Shown here piece by piece: positions 33,057 through 44,800 of a stretch of 64,000 nucleotides of DNA (within the stretch, counting starts at the first letter, position 1; every line of letters starts with the position of its first letter). This stretch comes from Camelus ferus. Taxonomy: Eukaryota. The notes beneath the pieces are model-generated. The model searched no databases, was not told the origin of the DNA, and saw nothing but the letters and a program-made list of their open reading frames with translations. The position numbers and the translations under genes were made by a program. The stretch is taken from assembly GCF_009834535.1 (NCBI RefSeq), contig NC_045716.1, positions 24,552,001 through 24,616,000 of the forward strand, read 5' to 3'.

Positions 33057-34549
33057 TTGAGACTTGGTATTGCTTTTTAAGCATTTAGTAGTTGTAAGTC
33101 TTGTTCTAATTCAAACAGATGGTCATTTTCTTAAACACTGGGACTGCATCCCACAGTGGACTGTACTTGAAGTAAGTGCTTAATATTTATTGGACTGAAT
33201 TTAGATTTTAGTCGGGCCCTAAAACTTTAAATGAGTTACACCTTCATCCCCAATTCACTAATCTGTTCAATGAGCACATGTGCTAGGAGCTGGGGAGATT
33301 TCAACCTCTAAATGCCTGTATATTTTAAGGTGTCTTTCTCCTGAAACCTCTTTCCAACCTTTCAAAACAGTCCTGACTGGCCACTGAATTATCTTGGACC
33401 CAAGACTCCCAGCAATTAACCTTGTGTAAGTATTGCTCCATTGTTTCTGATTCTGTTTATCTCACTAGTTCACCTTCCGTCTCTGTCTCTGTGTTTGCAT
33501 GTTTGTATCTCTTGCTTACTTACTGTGGGGCTTAGTCCAGCCAATGATGCTACCTACTCTGATCTCAGTCCAGGAAGAATTGTCCAAAAGTAGCAAACCT
33601 CTGCCCCTCCTTGCCTTCAGTCCAGAGACCAAGATGTGTGTGTCTGTAGGGGGGGTGCCCACTCAGATAAAACTATCCAAGAATGCCAATGTTTCCCATG
33701 CCACCCACTATCCTGGGAATTTTGAGAGCGCCTTTTGTCCTAGCCCCCACGCAGGGAAGAATCTTAGCAGGCAATACCAAGGTGGGAGCCAAGCAGTGCT
33801 ATCTGAAGTAGCCTCATTCTTCCTCCTCACTGACATTCCTGGAATCAAAGGGTCGTTATGGAGGTGAGGATGGAGAAGGAACAGTTTTGCTATTTGAAGG
33901 GATGTCCAGGGTCCTCTGAGGAAAGATGGGACACCACTTTGTGTCAATGGGGTTGGAGCAGCTGGTTACTTTCCCTCTTTCAGGTTTCCGTGTTGCTCCT
34001 CTTTCTATGTGACTCTCTGAGTCACTTTGTCCTGATCTCCACATCTCTCTTTTGGCCTCAGCCCCACTCACCTGTCCTCTTCCGTCAGCCAACAGCCTAG
34101 CCTGACTGCTGGCCACCCTGGCTTCCTGGCTCCTTAGTTCCTGGCCTAGTGGTCTAAGCCCATCTTGCTTTGACAGTAGGGGTGGGAGGGGAGGAGATGT
34201 TGGGGATCAGGAAAACTTCCTGGTGACATCTTCCTTTCCTTTCCTAGGCCTCAAGCCTAGGAGCGGGCTAGGCCTCCCTTATCCAGGTCAGAATGAACCA
34301 GAGGAGGCACATGGGAAGAAATAAAGGGGTTGAGGTAAAAAGAGTAGAGGAGGAACAGAGGGTTGGAGGCAGAATAGGGGAGAGGTGTACCCAGGGAGCA
34401 GGGTAGCCAAAGCCACTGGGGAGGAGAAAGGAGGTCGTGCCGGCTCTGACAGCCCAGCCCAGCGTAGGTCCCCGGGTTTCCTGTCTATCTCTCCTCACAG
34501 CTGCTCTTCCTTCCTCTCTTGTTGTGAGATTTCTCCCCAGGGCCTCCCC

Positions 34550-36130
34550 ACATTAAAGCGCGTGACCCCTCCTCTGTCCGGGTCTCAGCGACTGTCCACG
34601 GATCTCTCGCCAGGCTTTGGTCTCTTCAGCTCAGCCTCCCGGCCAGGCCCTCTCAGTGGGCGGTGCCCCCGGCGCCCCCCGCCAACCCCCCAGGAGTACT
34701 ATTGGTGGAGAGCTGTCGAGAAGGCGGTGTTTAGCTGGCCTCCGAGAACCGGATTAGTTGTGGGGACCCCGAGGCGGGCCGGAGGCGGGTCCGTCTGGGA
34801 GGCGGGCGGGGCGGCTGGGGCCCGGCCCAGAGCTTCGGGCGGTCGCATTGTTTTCCTCCGCGGAGACGCGGCGGGAGTGGGGTTTGCGACTGGGACCCAG
34901 GGCTCGCCCGACCCGACAGCGCCCGGGAGCCCAGATCCAAGCTCCATCCAATTCAGACGCTCCCCACACATCACCAGAGCCCTAGCCACCGATTGCGAAC
35001 TCGGAGCGGTGCGCGGCCGCTGCCCGCCCGCTGCGCTCTCTATCCCGCTGACCCGGATCTCCGAGCAAGTACCCCGGAGCAGGGCTGGGGCTGCAGGGAG
35101 GCGGGGAGGATCGGGGAGCCGAAGGCTGGGAGCAAGCTTCCGAAGTGCCAGAGGGATCTGCGAGGGTGCCAGCGCGCTGTGTGCCTGGATGACGGAGAGG
35201 GTCAGCGGAGTTGGGGTGCGCGGGTGGAAGAACGGACCGTGCCCCGTCACGGCGCTGTTGGGCTCAGGGTCTGGGCGCCTCTTCCGAATGGCTTCTCCGA
35301 GTCCCATCCCTTGGATTGGGGAACGCGAAACGGGATTATTTGAGGCGCGCACCGTACAGAGGGTGGAAAACCTGGTCCCTTGCCTCCCCAGTAGGGAGAT
35401 TAAGGCTTCGAGACCTGCGGAGAACCTGACCCTCTCGTTGCCTCTGCAGGGATGGGAAGGGGGACGCGTTGTTCCGGACTTTGGTGTCACGGATGCATCT
35501 CTGTCCTTGTGCAAGCGGGAGTCTGTGCACCTCCCAGGGGGTTGGCTTGGGCACAGAGTCGGGAGTGGGGCCCCTGAGAAACATCAGTCTTAGTGCCCAT
35601 CTCCTCCTTTTCACTCCACTCGCCCTGGGGCTTTGTTAGACCGAGGTCTCTCAAGGAGGAAAGCCGAGCTGGCGACTGCATCTCGAGCCCACGGACCCCG
35701 CTCAGCGCTGGCCCCAGGCCCGCCTTCGTCGGTTCCAAGATTCTGGCCCTGCTTCCCTGGCCTCGGAGACCCGCCTCCGCTCCCCAGCCCCCGCTCCCAT
35801 CCCCATTCGGTCTGCGCCTGCAGGCCCCTCCAGCCCCTCCTCCCGCTAACGTGGCTCTGGGACCCGGTCCCGGCCCAGACTCTGCTACCCGCCCCTCTCG
35901 GAGCCCCAGATCCAGTGAGGGGGAGAGACGTCGATCCCCTGGCCTCGGGCCCACCCCATGCAAGTCTCTAGACACCTGGATTATCCTCGTTGGGGGCTGG
36001 GTGGGAGGGAGGGTAGGTACCGAGCCTAGGGCTGAGAGCTAAGGGTGAGGGGAACTGTCTTGGAGAAGGGAACGCGCCTGTTACTCGAGGCTCCTTGGCG
36101 CGCCCCCCGCTCCTCCAGAGGAAGGTGGAC
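34550..36130 (+). promoter_or_regulatory. SEMA6C: SEMA6C promoter CpG island containing non-coding exon 1 (about 34870-35068)
   Basis: Very high CpG/GC content, overlapping GGGCGG Sp boxes at 34800-34815, and a donor CAA|GTACCC at 35068/35069. Confidence 0.75.
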
Positions 36131-37057
36131 TGGGGCGGGTGATCAGCCCGAGAGCTTCCTGCTATTGTCCCCAGCCCGATCTCCCCTTCTCCATCCCTTC
36201 CCCAGCCCCCGCTAGCATCTGGCTATGACCCCGGCCACTCCCCAGAGGTGGCTGCTGGGCCAGGAGGAGAGAGAAGGGCTGTTTCCTCTTCCCAGCAAGG
36301 GGAGAAGCCAGGAGGGGGAGAAGGAATCGCCAGGCCTCTCTTATTTGCTCCAAGTGGGGAGGGAGGGGGTGTGAAGCAGTTGGGATTGGTCCTGGCAGGG
36401 TAAGCCTTTGCCCAGGCCAGGGATTGGATGGGGGCCCGCTCAAATGCTGCTCCCCCAAATCAGCTATGGGAAGCCCTCTTAAAGATGTATCATAGTTAAG
36501 TCTAGGGGGCCAGTGTAATGGCCAACCAAGTGTTTTTAGAGGCTGGACTAATCCAATCTAAGGTTGGGGGTAGGGTGGAGAGATTGGGTGGGAAGGAGGT
36601 AGGGCCTGCTCTCTGGAAAGAAGGGGTTGGGGGTGCTAGCTATCAGAGAGCATTTTGCCTAGAAATGAAGAGCATGCAAATGAGATGCAAATTACCCTCT
36701 ATTGTCCCCAGCCAGGGCGCTTTTGCTAAGAAGGCTGCTGGATTCTGAAGGTTTTAATGTGGGAGTGGTCGTCATGCCCCACAAACTCTCCCAGTCACCC
36801 CTTTTCCCAAGACTAGTCCTGCAGTTTCAGGAGTTTCTGTGCAGGGGCCAGCCCCAGCCCCTGCCCTCACGTCTCTGGGCATGAAGCGGCCAGCACCTCT
36901 GCAGTCAAGCTCAATGTCTATGGGTCCCCCACTTCCAGAGCAGCATCTCCCCTACCCTAGCCTCATTAGACTTCTCCTGAATGTTCACGTTTACTTTTAA
37001 GGGATGTGGAAAGGAGGTGTAATTCAGTCTCTTCCCTCCTGTCCCTTCTTCCATCAG

Positions 37058-37107
37058 GTCAGAGGTCTCCTATCCCCCACAAACCCTCACAGGAGTCACC
37101 ACCACAG
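37058..37107 (+). other. SEMA6C: 50-nt non-coding exon 2 of SEMA6C
   Basis: Flanked by a polypyrimidine tract with CCATCAG| and by CAG|GTAAGA; position is consistent with the recalled human layout. Confidence 0.7.
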
Positions 37108-38813
37108 GTAAGAAAAGGGCAACACCTCCTGAGGGCAGGGGATGGAGGCAGGCCTGGGAGCAGGAAGAGGGTCCAGCCATTCTCCTCACTTGCCTGAGGC
37201 TGAAGTTGTTTCCTAGGTGAAGATACCAGTTGCCCAGGGCAACTTGGTGGGGGCAGAAGGGGGAGGATAGGAGACAAGCTGTGTCCTTTTCTCTTCCCCT
37301 GGGAGCATCAACATCCGGAAACATGGGAGCGGGTGGTGTGCTGAGGGAGGTTTGGCCTTTCAGCACCAGAGGGTCGTTAGCTAGCTGACTGCTCTGCCCC
37401 TGGGGAGGGGGTCATCATTAGGTGCTCCTACCCCTTCCCTTCCTCCAGCTCTCTTGGGACCCCATCTGACGTCAGCCTCCCCACCAGTGACACTGGATTG
37501 GGGATGGGGTACACTTGGGTCCTGGCTCCAAGGCAGAATTATTGGGGAGAAGGAATGGGCTGGGCCTGGAAGCCCAGAGTCTCTTTAGGGGACATGGCAA
37601 GACAGGCAACTAAGGATTGGTGAAGGATAGCTGGGTTCACAGAAAGGAAGGAGTCTCACCCTTCCTGATCTGATTTCCCCAGTGTACTCAGCCCCTCACT
37701 TAAACTGCAAGGGAAAGCAGGAAGCTGGTGTACCCCTCCCACTGTGGGTCCCAGCCAGGGTCAGCTTGGCTGGAGGAGGCTGATAGAGGCTGGTGAGTGG
37801 GAAGGAGGGCTGTCTCACTGTCCCTTCCACCATATCCATCTTTTCCTGGACTTTGGGCTGCAATAGCCTGCCTGTCATTGAATTATTTATATTTTCATTC
37901 CAAGACAGTCCAAAGAGGGAAGGAAGGGAAAAGGGGCATGTTCAGCCCTATCTCTGCACCAGTATAGCTCCTTCCTTGCCTGGCCCCTCACAGAGGGGTG
38001 GGTTTGCTCTTCCCCCATCAAGTACATGCATTGGTTCTTCAGAATTAGGGAGGGAACAGGGGGCTAGAGAGGCTGGGAGGGGGCACAGTGGTCGGGCAGA
38101 CAGCTGCAGCCAGAGCTAAATTTAGCCTCTGATCTGGCTTTGATGCAGATTCATTTTTGGCTAAGACAGCCCCCCTCCCCCACCCCCCTCCCTACCCAGC
38201 TTCTCCCTAGCAATGGGGAGAGCCCCTGAAGCATGAGCTTAGACCAGTTCAGCCAACCCTAGGCTGCCTCCTCGACTCTGTTCTTCAACCCTAGACGGGA
38301 TGATGGCTGCCTTACAGCTGCCTCTGCCAGGGCACAGCGACAAAATTGCCCCCAGGGTGCCATGGGGGTCTGTGAGGGAGGGCGAGGCAGACATGGTGCA
38401 CTCTTCCTACCTCCAGTGCCAAGGAGTCACTATTTATAATTTTAAGGCTTCAGTGTCTAATTATAGCTAAGAAGAGGTTAGCAAGAGGGGGGCCAGGAGG
38501 TGTCACCTACCGAATGTCCCCAGTCAGGAGACAAGAGGAAAGGCTGAGTGAGAAGGCTGGGAGGGGGAGCGGGTGTGTCCTGTCCTTACCTGGGGTCATG
38601 CTGGCAGGCCTTGCACCAGCCAGTTTGGGCCAGTTGGAGAGGGAAGGGCCTTAAGTGACAGTGACAGCTGGTTGGGACTGAGACAGTGCCAGAGAGAGGG
38701 TTCTTGCCCCTACTCCACAGGGTCTTCTGGGGATAGACCAGGGGAGGAGTCCACTTGCTTCAAGGGTGGAAGGAAACTGGCCCCTTACCCGACCCTCCTG
38801 TCTTGTCTTTCAG

Positions 38814-41800
38814 GGCCAGCANNNNNNNNNNNNNNNNNNNNNNNNNNNNNNNNNNNNNNNNNNNNNNNNNNNNNNNNNNNNNNNNNNNNNNNNNNNNNNN
38901 NNNNNNNNNNNNNNNNNNNNNNNNNNNNNNNNNNNNNNNNNNNNNNNNNNNNNNNNNNNNNNNNNNNNNNNNNNNNNCCTGCAAGGTGAGTGCCCCGGTA
39001 CCACGCTCCCTCTGTGTGAGCTTGGCACTCAGTCCTAGCAATTAGATACTGGGACCCCTTGTGTGGAAGGCAAGGTGCAGGAAGGCTCTCAGTCTCAAGG
39101 AAGCTAAGAGCCTGACCAGAAAGGGGAGCAGACAGGTGGAATGAGCTGGCACTTCAGATCAGTCACTTCTCATCTGTGGACCTACTTTCTTCACTCCGAG
39201 GCAGCACTGTTTGGTGGTAAAGAACACGGACTCTCAACCAGACCAAACTTTGGCAGGTTGGAATCCCTGCTAAGCTGCTCACTAGTTGTATGAACTTGTC
39301 ACGCTATTTAACCCTTCTTTGCTTCAGTCTCCTCATCTGCCAAATGAAGATAATAATAGTATTCTACCTTACAGAATTATTTAGGGATTAAATGAGGTAA
39401 TATAGGTAAGGTGCTGAGAACACTGTCTGGCACAAAGTAAATGCTTTATATGTGTTTGCTATTATTATTAGCTCCAAAATGAAGACTTGGAACTAATTCA
39501 GTGGTTCCTAACACCTGCTACCTCCCTTTCTACCATTTTACCAGTACTGTTAAGTATGGGTCCCACTGTGAGGGAAACCATAAGCCAAGTTTTTCTGAGA
39601 TGGACCTTTATCTATTTGCAGGTTCCTGTTATATATGTAGGATTTAGAGTAATTTTAAGGATGAAGGAACTGCAGTTTGGTTACTGGGAGTAACTGTTGG
39701 GGGATGGATAAGATTAGCAAACACTTAGCATGTGCCAGACGCAGTTCTAAGCACCACACTCGTGTTAATCACCTCTCCCTGAACTCTGGGCTCCCTCTGA
39801 ATGCTGATGACGGTGGGTTCCGTGATCAGGCCAGGCGGGTGCTGGCGTTGGTCAGAGGAGGCAGAAACCTTGGAGGGCTGAGGTGGCCTGTGAGGGGCCT
39901 TGAGGGGAGGGTGCAAACAGAGGGCTGGGAGAAATGGGGTGAGTAAATGCTCCAGGTGGGACAGTGTACAATGTGGGAGTGAAAGGGAATCCCTAGCCCT
40001 AAGGCAGCTCCATGAAGGGTCTGGGCTGGGCTCTGGAGTCAGACAGACCTGGATTCGAATTTGGGTGCCTGCCACTTCCAACTTAAATGAGCTATATGTA
40101 CATTTCTTAATGGCTTTAAGCTTCAGGTCCCTCATCTATAAAATGTTAGCCCCTACCTCATAGGGTTTTTGTAAGAAATCAAACAATGCATCTAAAGTGC
40201 TAACACAGTGCTTGGCAGAGGTTAAATACTCACAGTTAGCCAGTATTATTTTTTAGTAGCCTTATTAATAGCTTTATTAATACTTCACAACTCATCTCAC
40301 ATACCCACTATGTCCATGGCTGGGTTTCCTCTGGTTGGAGAGAGTGTTGAGGGATTCTGTGGTATCCTGGGTGGCCCTTGGCACCCACTTCTCTGTGCCT
40401 TCTAGGTATTTCCCNNNNNNNNNNNNNNNNNNNNNNNNNNNNNNNNNNNNNNNNNNNNNNNNNNNNNNNNNNNNNNNNNNNNNNNNNNNNNNNNNNNNNN
40501 NNNNNNNNNNNNNNNNNNNNNNNNNNNNNNNNNNNNNNNNNNNNNNGGTCGACATGCATGCTCCTGGGCAGACATGGGACTTGCATGGCCGCTGCAGCAT
40601 CTTGCAGGGGACACATGCAGGTGTACAAGCCATGGGATATGGACATGCTTGGACCCAGAGCACAATTGCCAAGGCATGGAGTTAGGGGGAGGAGAGAGGG
40701 CAGGTCTGCACTGTTTGTCCCTGAGCAGCTGAACATGGGCAAGGCCGGGAGGGGGGTGCTCAGGAGCTCAGGTCAGGTGTGGTGGCTTGGCTCTTATCCC
40801 TCCTTACCTGTCCCTTCAGGGATCACGTTTTCTCCTTTGATCTTCAATTCCAAGAAGAAGAGGAGGGGCTAGTGCCCAACAAGGTGAGGGGCTGTGTGGA
40901 GGAGGTGAGGCATGATGAGGCTGGGAAGGTCTAACGGGGGTCAAGTGTAGCCATAATGTGAGGTGGGTCCAGGTGGCCCCATGATTTTCCCTCTTCTGCT
41001 TCTCCCTCCAGTATCTAACATGGAGGAGCCAAGACATGGAGAACTGTGCCGTGCGGGGGAAGCTGACGGTGAGGAGTGGGATGAGAATCTCACGGGAAGG
41101 AGATGGCCCTGCTTCCAGGCTCTCTCCAAGCAGCCTTCCACCCTTCCCAGTCCCCCGCCCCCCACTTCTCTCATCTCAGGTCACAGAGGAAAATGTACAG
41201 GAAAGGGAATTCATGATTTTTAGTTTCCTTTACACACCTCACAAAAGAAGTGAGGCTCCAAGAGGCCAAAGAACTTGCCCAAGGCCACAGGACTAGTGTA
41301 TAGCTTAGCTGGGACTTTACCCCACATTACTCTGACGGCTCAAGGAGAATAGCCTTACTTCCTGTGACCCCCGCCCCACTCCCCAGGAGCCCTGTTACTG
41401 ACCTAGAACTTTGGGTTCTCTAGGACGAGTGCTACAACTACATTCGTGTCCTTGTTCCCTGGGACTCCCAGACACTCCTTGCCTGTGGAACGAACTCCTT
41501 CAGCCCTATGTGCCGCAGCTATGGGGTACAAAAGCGAGGGTGGGGCATCAGGACTGGAGGGAGGAGAACCCAAGCTGGGTGATCAGTTTGGTGGGGACGG
41601 ACCAGCAGGGCTGGGGGAACGGGGTGCCCAAAGTGCAGGAGTCCAGAAGGGGTGGGGGAAGGAGGTAAGGGGACATGAAGGAGTGGGCTATGGAGCCACA
41701 CTCCCAAAGCCCCAAGAACCTGCTCCCTCTGCCTTCAGATAACTTCGCTGCAGCAGGAGGGTGAGGAGCTGAGTGGGCAGGCTCGATGCCCCTTTGATGC

Positions 41801-44800
41801 CACCCAGTCCAATGTGGCCGTCTTTGCAGGTGTGCACCTGGGCGTGTGAGAAGCAGGCATGTGGCTGGAGGGAACTCCCACCTTAGCCCCTCTCCCAGTT
41901 GGGTCTTTCCCATGCTCCTGAGTGGAGGGTTGAGGTAGGGGCCAGGGTCAGGCGGAGGTAGGGGTGTGGGAAACCCAAGAAGAGCCAAGATACGGATCCC
42001 TGAGGCCTCCCCTGACCCCATCCTACCCACCCCTCCAGAGGGCAGCCTGTACTCAGCCACAGCTGCGGATTTCCAGGCCAGTGATGCTGTGGTTTACAGA
42101 AGCCTTGGGCCTCAGCCCCCACTCCGCTCCGCCAAGTACGACTCCAAGTGGCTCCGAGGTCAGGGCGGGCCTAGGGGAGGGAGGCTGCTCTTGGGGAGGA
42201 GGTGCAGGGGGAGAACTGTGGCAGGGAGCAGGCAGAAGGTGGAAGGGTGTGCATGTGTGCAAGGGGGAGAGGCTGTGTGGGGCCAGGAGTTTCTGAGCAG
42301 GTAATACGTACTCTTCTGTACGCTTCCTGTCACTCCCCCTCAGAGCCACACTTTGTCCATGCTTTGGAGCATGGAGAACATGTCTACTTCTTCTTCCGAG
42401 AGGTGTCTGTGGAGGACGCCCGCCTAGGGAGGGTAAGGAGCTGGGCATCGGGGGTGGGCAGCTAGAGGGCTCTGCCGGACTCTGAGGAGCCAGTCAGTCA
42501 GGGGACAGCTCCCGACCTTTATCTCCTGATTCTGAGCCCCAACCTGGAGAAGCCCCAGGCCTCTGCCCCCACATCCTGCTGTGCCCCTCATCTTTGACCC
42601 AGATTGGCCCGACCACACCATACTGTTCCTTTGCTGGCCTCTAACATTTGTCTCTTGGTGCTCTAACTCACCGCACTGCTCTCAGCTGGCAGGCCCTGGG
42701 TTCCCTCTTGCCATCCTCCTCGTCCCTGACTCTCGTTCCCCAGGTGCAGTTCTCACGTGTGGCCCGTGTGTGTAAGCGTGACATGGGTGGCTCACCTCGG
42801 GCCTTGGACCGCCACTGGACATCCTTCCTGAAGCTGCGGCTCAACTGCTCTGTCCCTGGGGACTCTACCTTCTATTTTGACGTCTTACAGGCCTTGACTG
42901 GGCCTGTGAACTTGTATGGCCACTCTGCTGTCTTTGGGGTCTTTACCACCCAGACCAATAGGTTGGTACTAGACTAATGTGGCTCGATCTGTGCCCTGCC
43001 CCACCAGCATCCAAATTCCCCTCTTAAAGCCTGTTGATGAGGGTAGTGAGGAGAAGCTCCATTTAAAGCCAGTTTGCTGTTCAGCCTAGTTTGTTCTTTT
43101 TCTCCCAGCATGGCCCCAGGGGCTGCCCCACCCTCTCGGGCTCCCCCCTAATGTGGTGTATGAAGGGGAGCTGCCATGTCTCACTTGGGAGGAGCTGTGC
43201 TGTCCCTCCCAACACCTAGCCTACTTTCTCTTCTGGCTCCTTCAGCATCCCTGGCTCTGCGGTCTGCGCCTTCTACCTGGATGATATTGAGCGTGGGTTT
43301 GAGGGCAAGTTCAAGGAGCAGAGGAGTCTGGATGGGGCCTGGACCCCTGTGTCTGAGGACAGGGTCCCCTCCCCCAGGTACCCTGGATGGGGGTGGCTTT
43401 TGTAGGGGCAGAAGCAAGCAGTGCCTGCTCCCCAAATGGGATTAGGAAGAGAGGATCCAAGGCCTGGGGATGGGGCTGGTGGGACTAGAGACCTGCAGCA
43501 GGGAAGGGAAGCAGTACTGGGGGTGTATGCGTATAGGCAGAGCAAGGGTTACCAATCATGTCTGGGAGCAGTGGGCCAGCGGTGGTCACAAAGCCTAACT
43601 CAGCCCCAGCTCCCTGCTCTAAGGCTGCCTCTTCCTATGTGTCCACCAGGCCAGGATCCTGTGCAGGAGTAGGTGTAGCTGCCTTGTTCCCCTCTTCTCG
43701 AGACCTCCCTGATGATGTCCTGACCTTCATCAAGGCTCACCCACTCCTGGACCCTGCCGTGCCACCTGCCACCCATCAACCTCTGCTCACCCTCACCAGC
43801 AGGTATGGGGCTAAAAAACACTGACCACTACCCTCCCCCACCCAGCCACTCTCTTTCTTTGACCCCACAAGGTAAATCATATTGGTAGGAGGAAGAACCC
43901 ATGAAAGTGGAAGGGAGAGGGCTAAGAAGGAAACCCTGGGCTGGGGGAAGGGCCCAGAAGTGGCTACCCGGACACATGGGCTGTCCTTGAAACACCCAAG
44001 CTTCCATTGGTCAGGTTGTCCTGACCTGAGGCCTATCCCTCCAGGGCCCTACTGACCCAAGTAGCTGTGGATGGCATGGCTGGTCCCTACAGTAATACTA
44101 CAGTCCTGTTCCTCGGCTCCAATGATGGGACAGTGCTGAAGGTGCTGCCCCCAGGAGGGCAATCTGGGGGCCAGGAGCCCATTCTGTTGGAAGAGATTGA
44201 TGCCTACAGCCCCTCCAGGTGAGCCCTTTGTCCAGCAGGCCCCCTGCAGAGCAGGGATGGGATGGGCTGTGAGGTGGTACTTCGGGATATGGAGGTGGGG
44301 TGGGAACTCCAACATTGGAAGTTGTGGGGAAGAAAGAGCGGCATGGCAAGAAGCCAGACAGTGTGTTGGGGCAGGGTGGCCATTCACGAACCCCAACCCT
44401 ATGAGTTGTACTCAGTTGCTTGTACACCTCCCTACCTCTGTTTTTTAACTCACCCACGGAGAAAGAAGCCTCATCTGCCACATATCTGATTCCTTCTGGC
44501 CTCACCCTAGGTGCAGTGGGAAGCGGGCAGCCCAAACTGCAAGGCGGGTCATAGGGCTGGAGCTGGACACTGAAGGTCACAGGCTGTTTGTGGCTTTCTC
44601 TGGCTGCATCATCTACCTCCCTCTTAGTCGGTGTGCCAGGCATGGAGCCTGTCGGAGGTGAGAGGGACCTGAGCTCAGGCCCTGAAGGTGGGCTCCCTGG
44701 GCCAGCAGGCACAAAGGAGCAGAGGCATGGGGGTGACAGGGAGATGCAGGGGATGGCTGTGGGGGATGTCTCAAGCATTCTGCAGGTGGGCAGTAACCAG

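Noticed and set aside
34385-35593. 402-aa ORF, plus overlapping 271-aa and 162-aa ORFs
   Set aside because: They lie in the SEMA6C CpG island, where stop codons are depleted. Composition is Gly/Pro/Arg/Ala low complexity with no recognisable domain.
37359-37379. TTCAGCACC left half of a REST/RE1 site (also weakly CTCF-like)
   Set aside because: The right half GGACAG is missing and the CTCF GGC core is mismatched.
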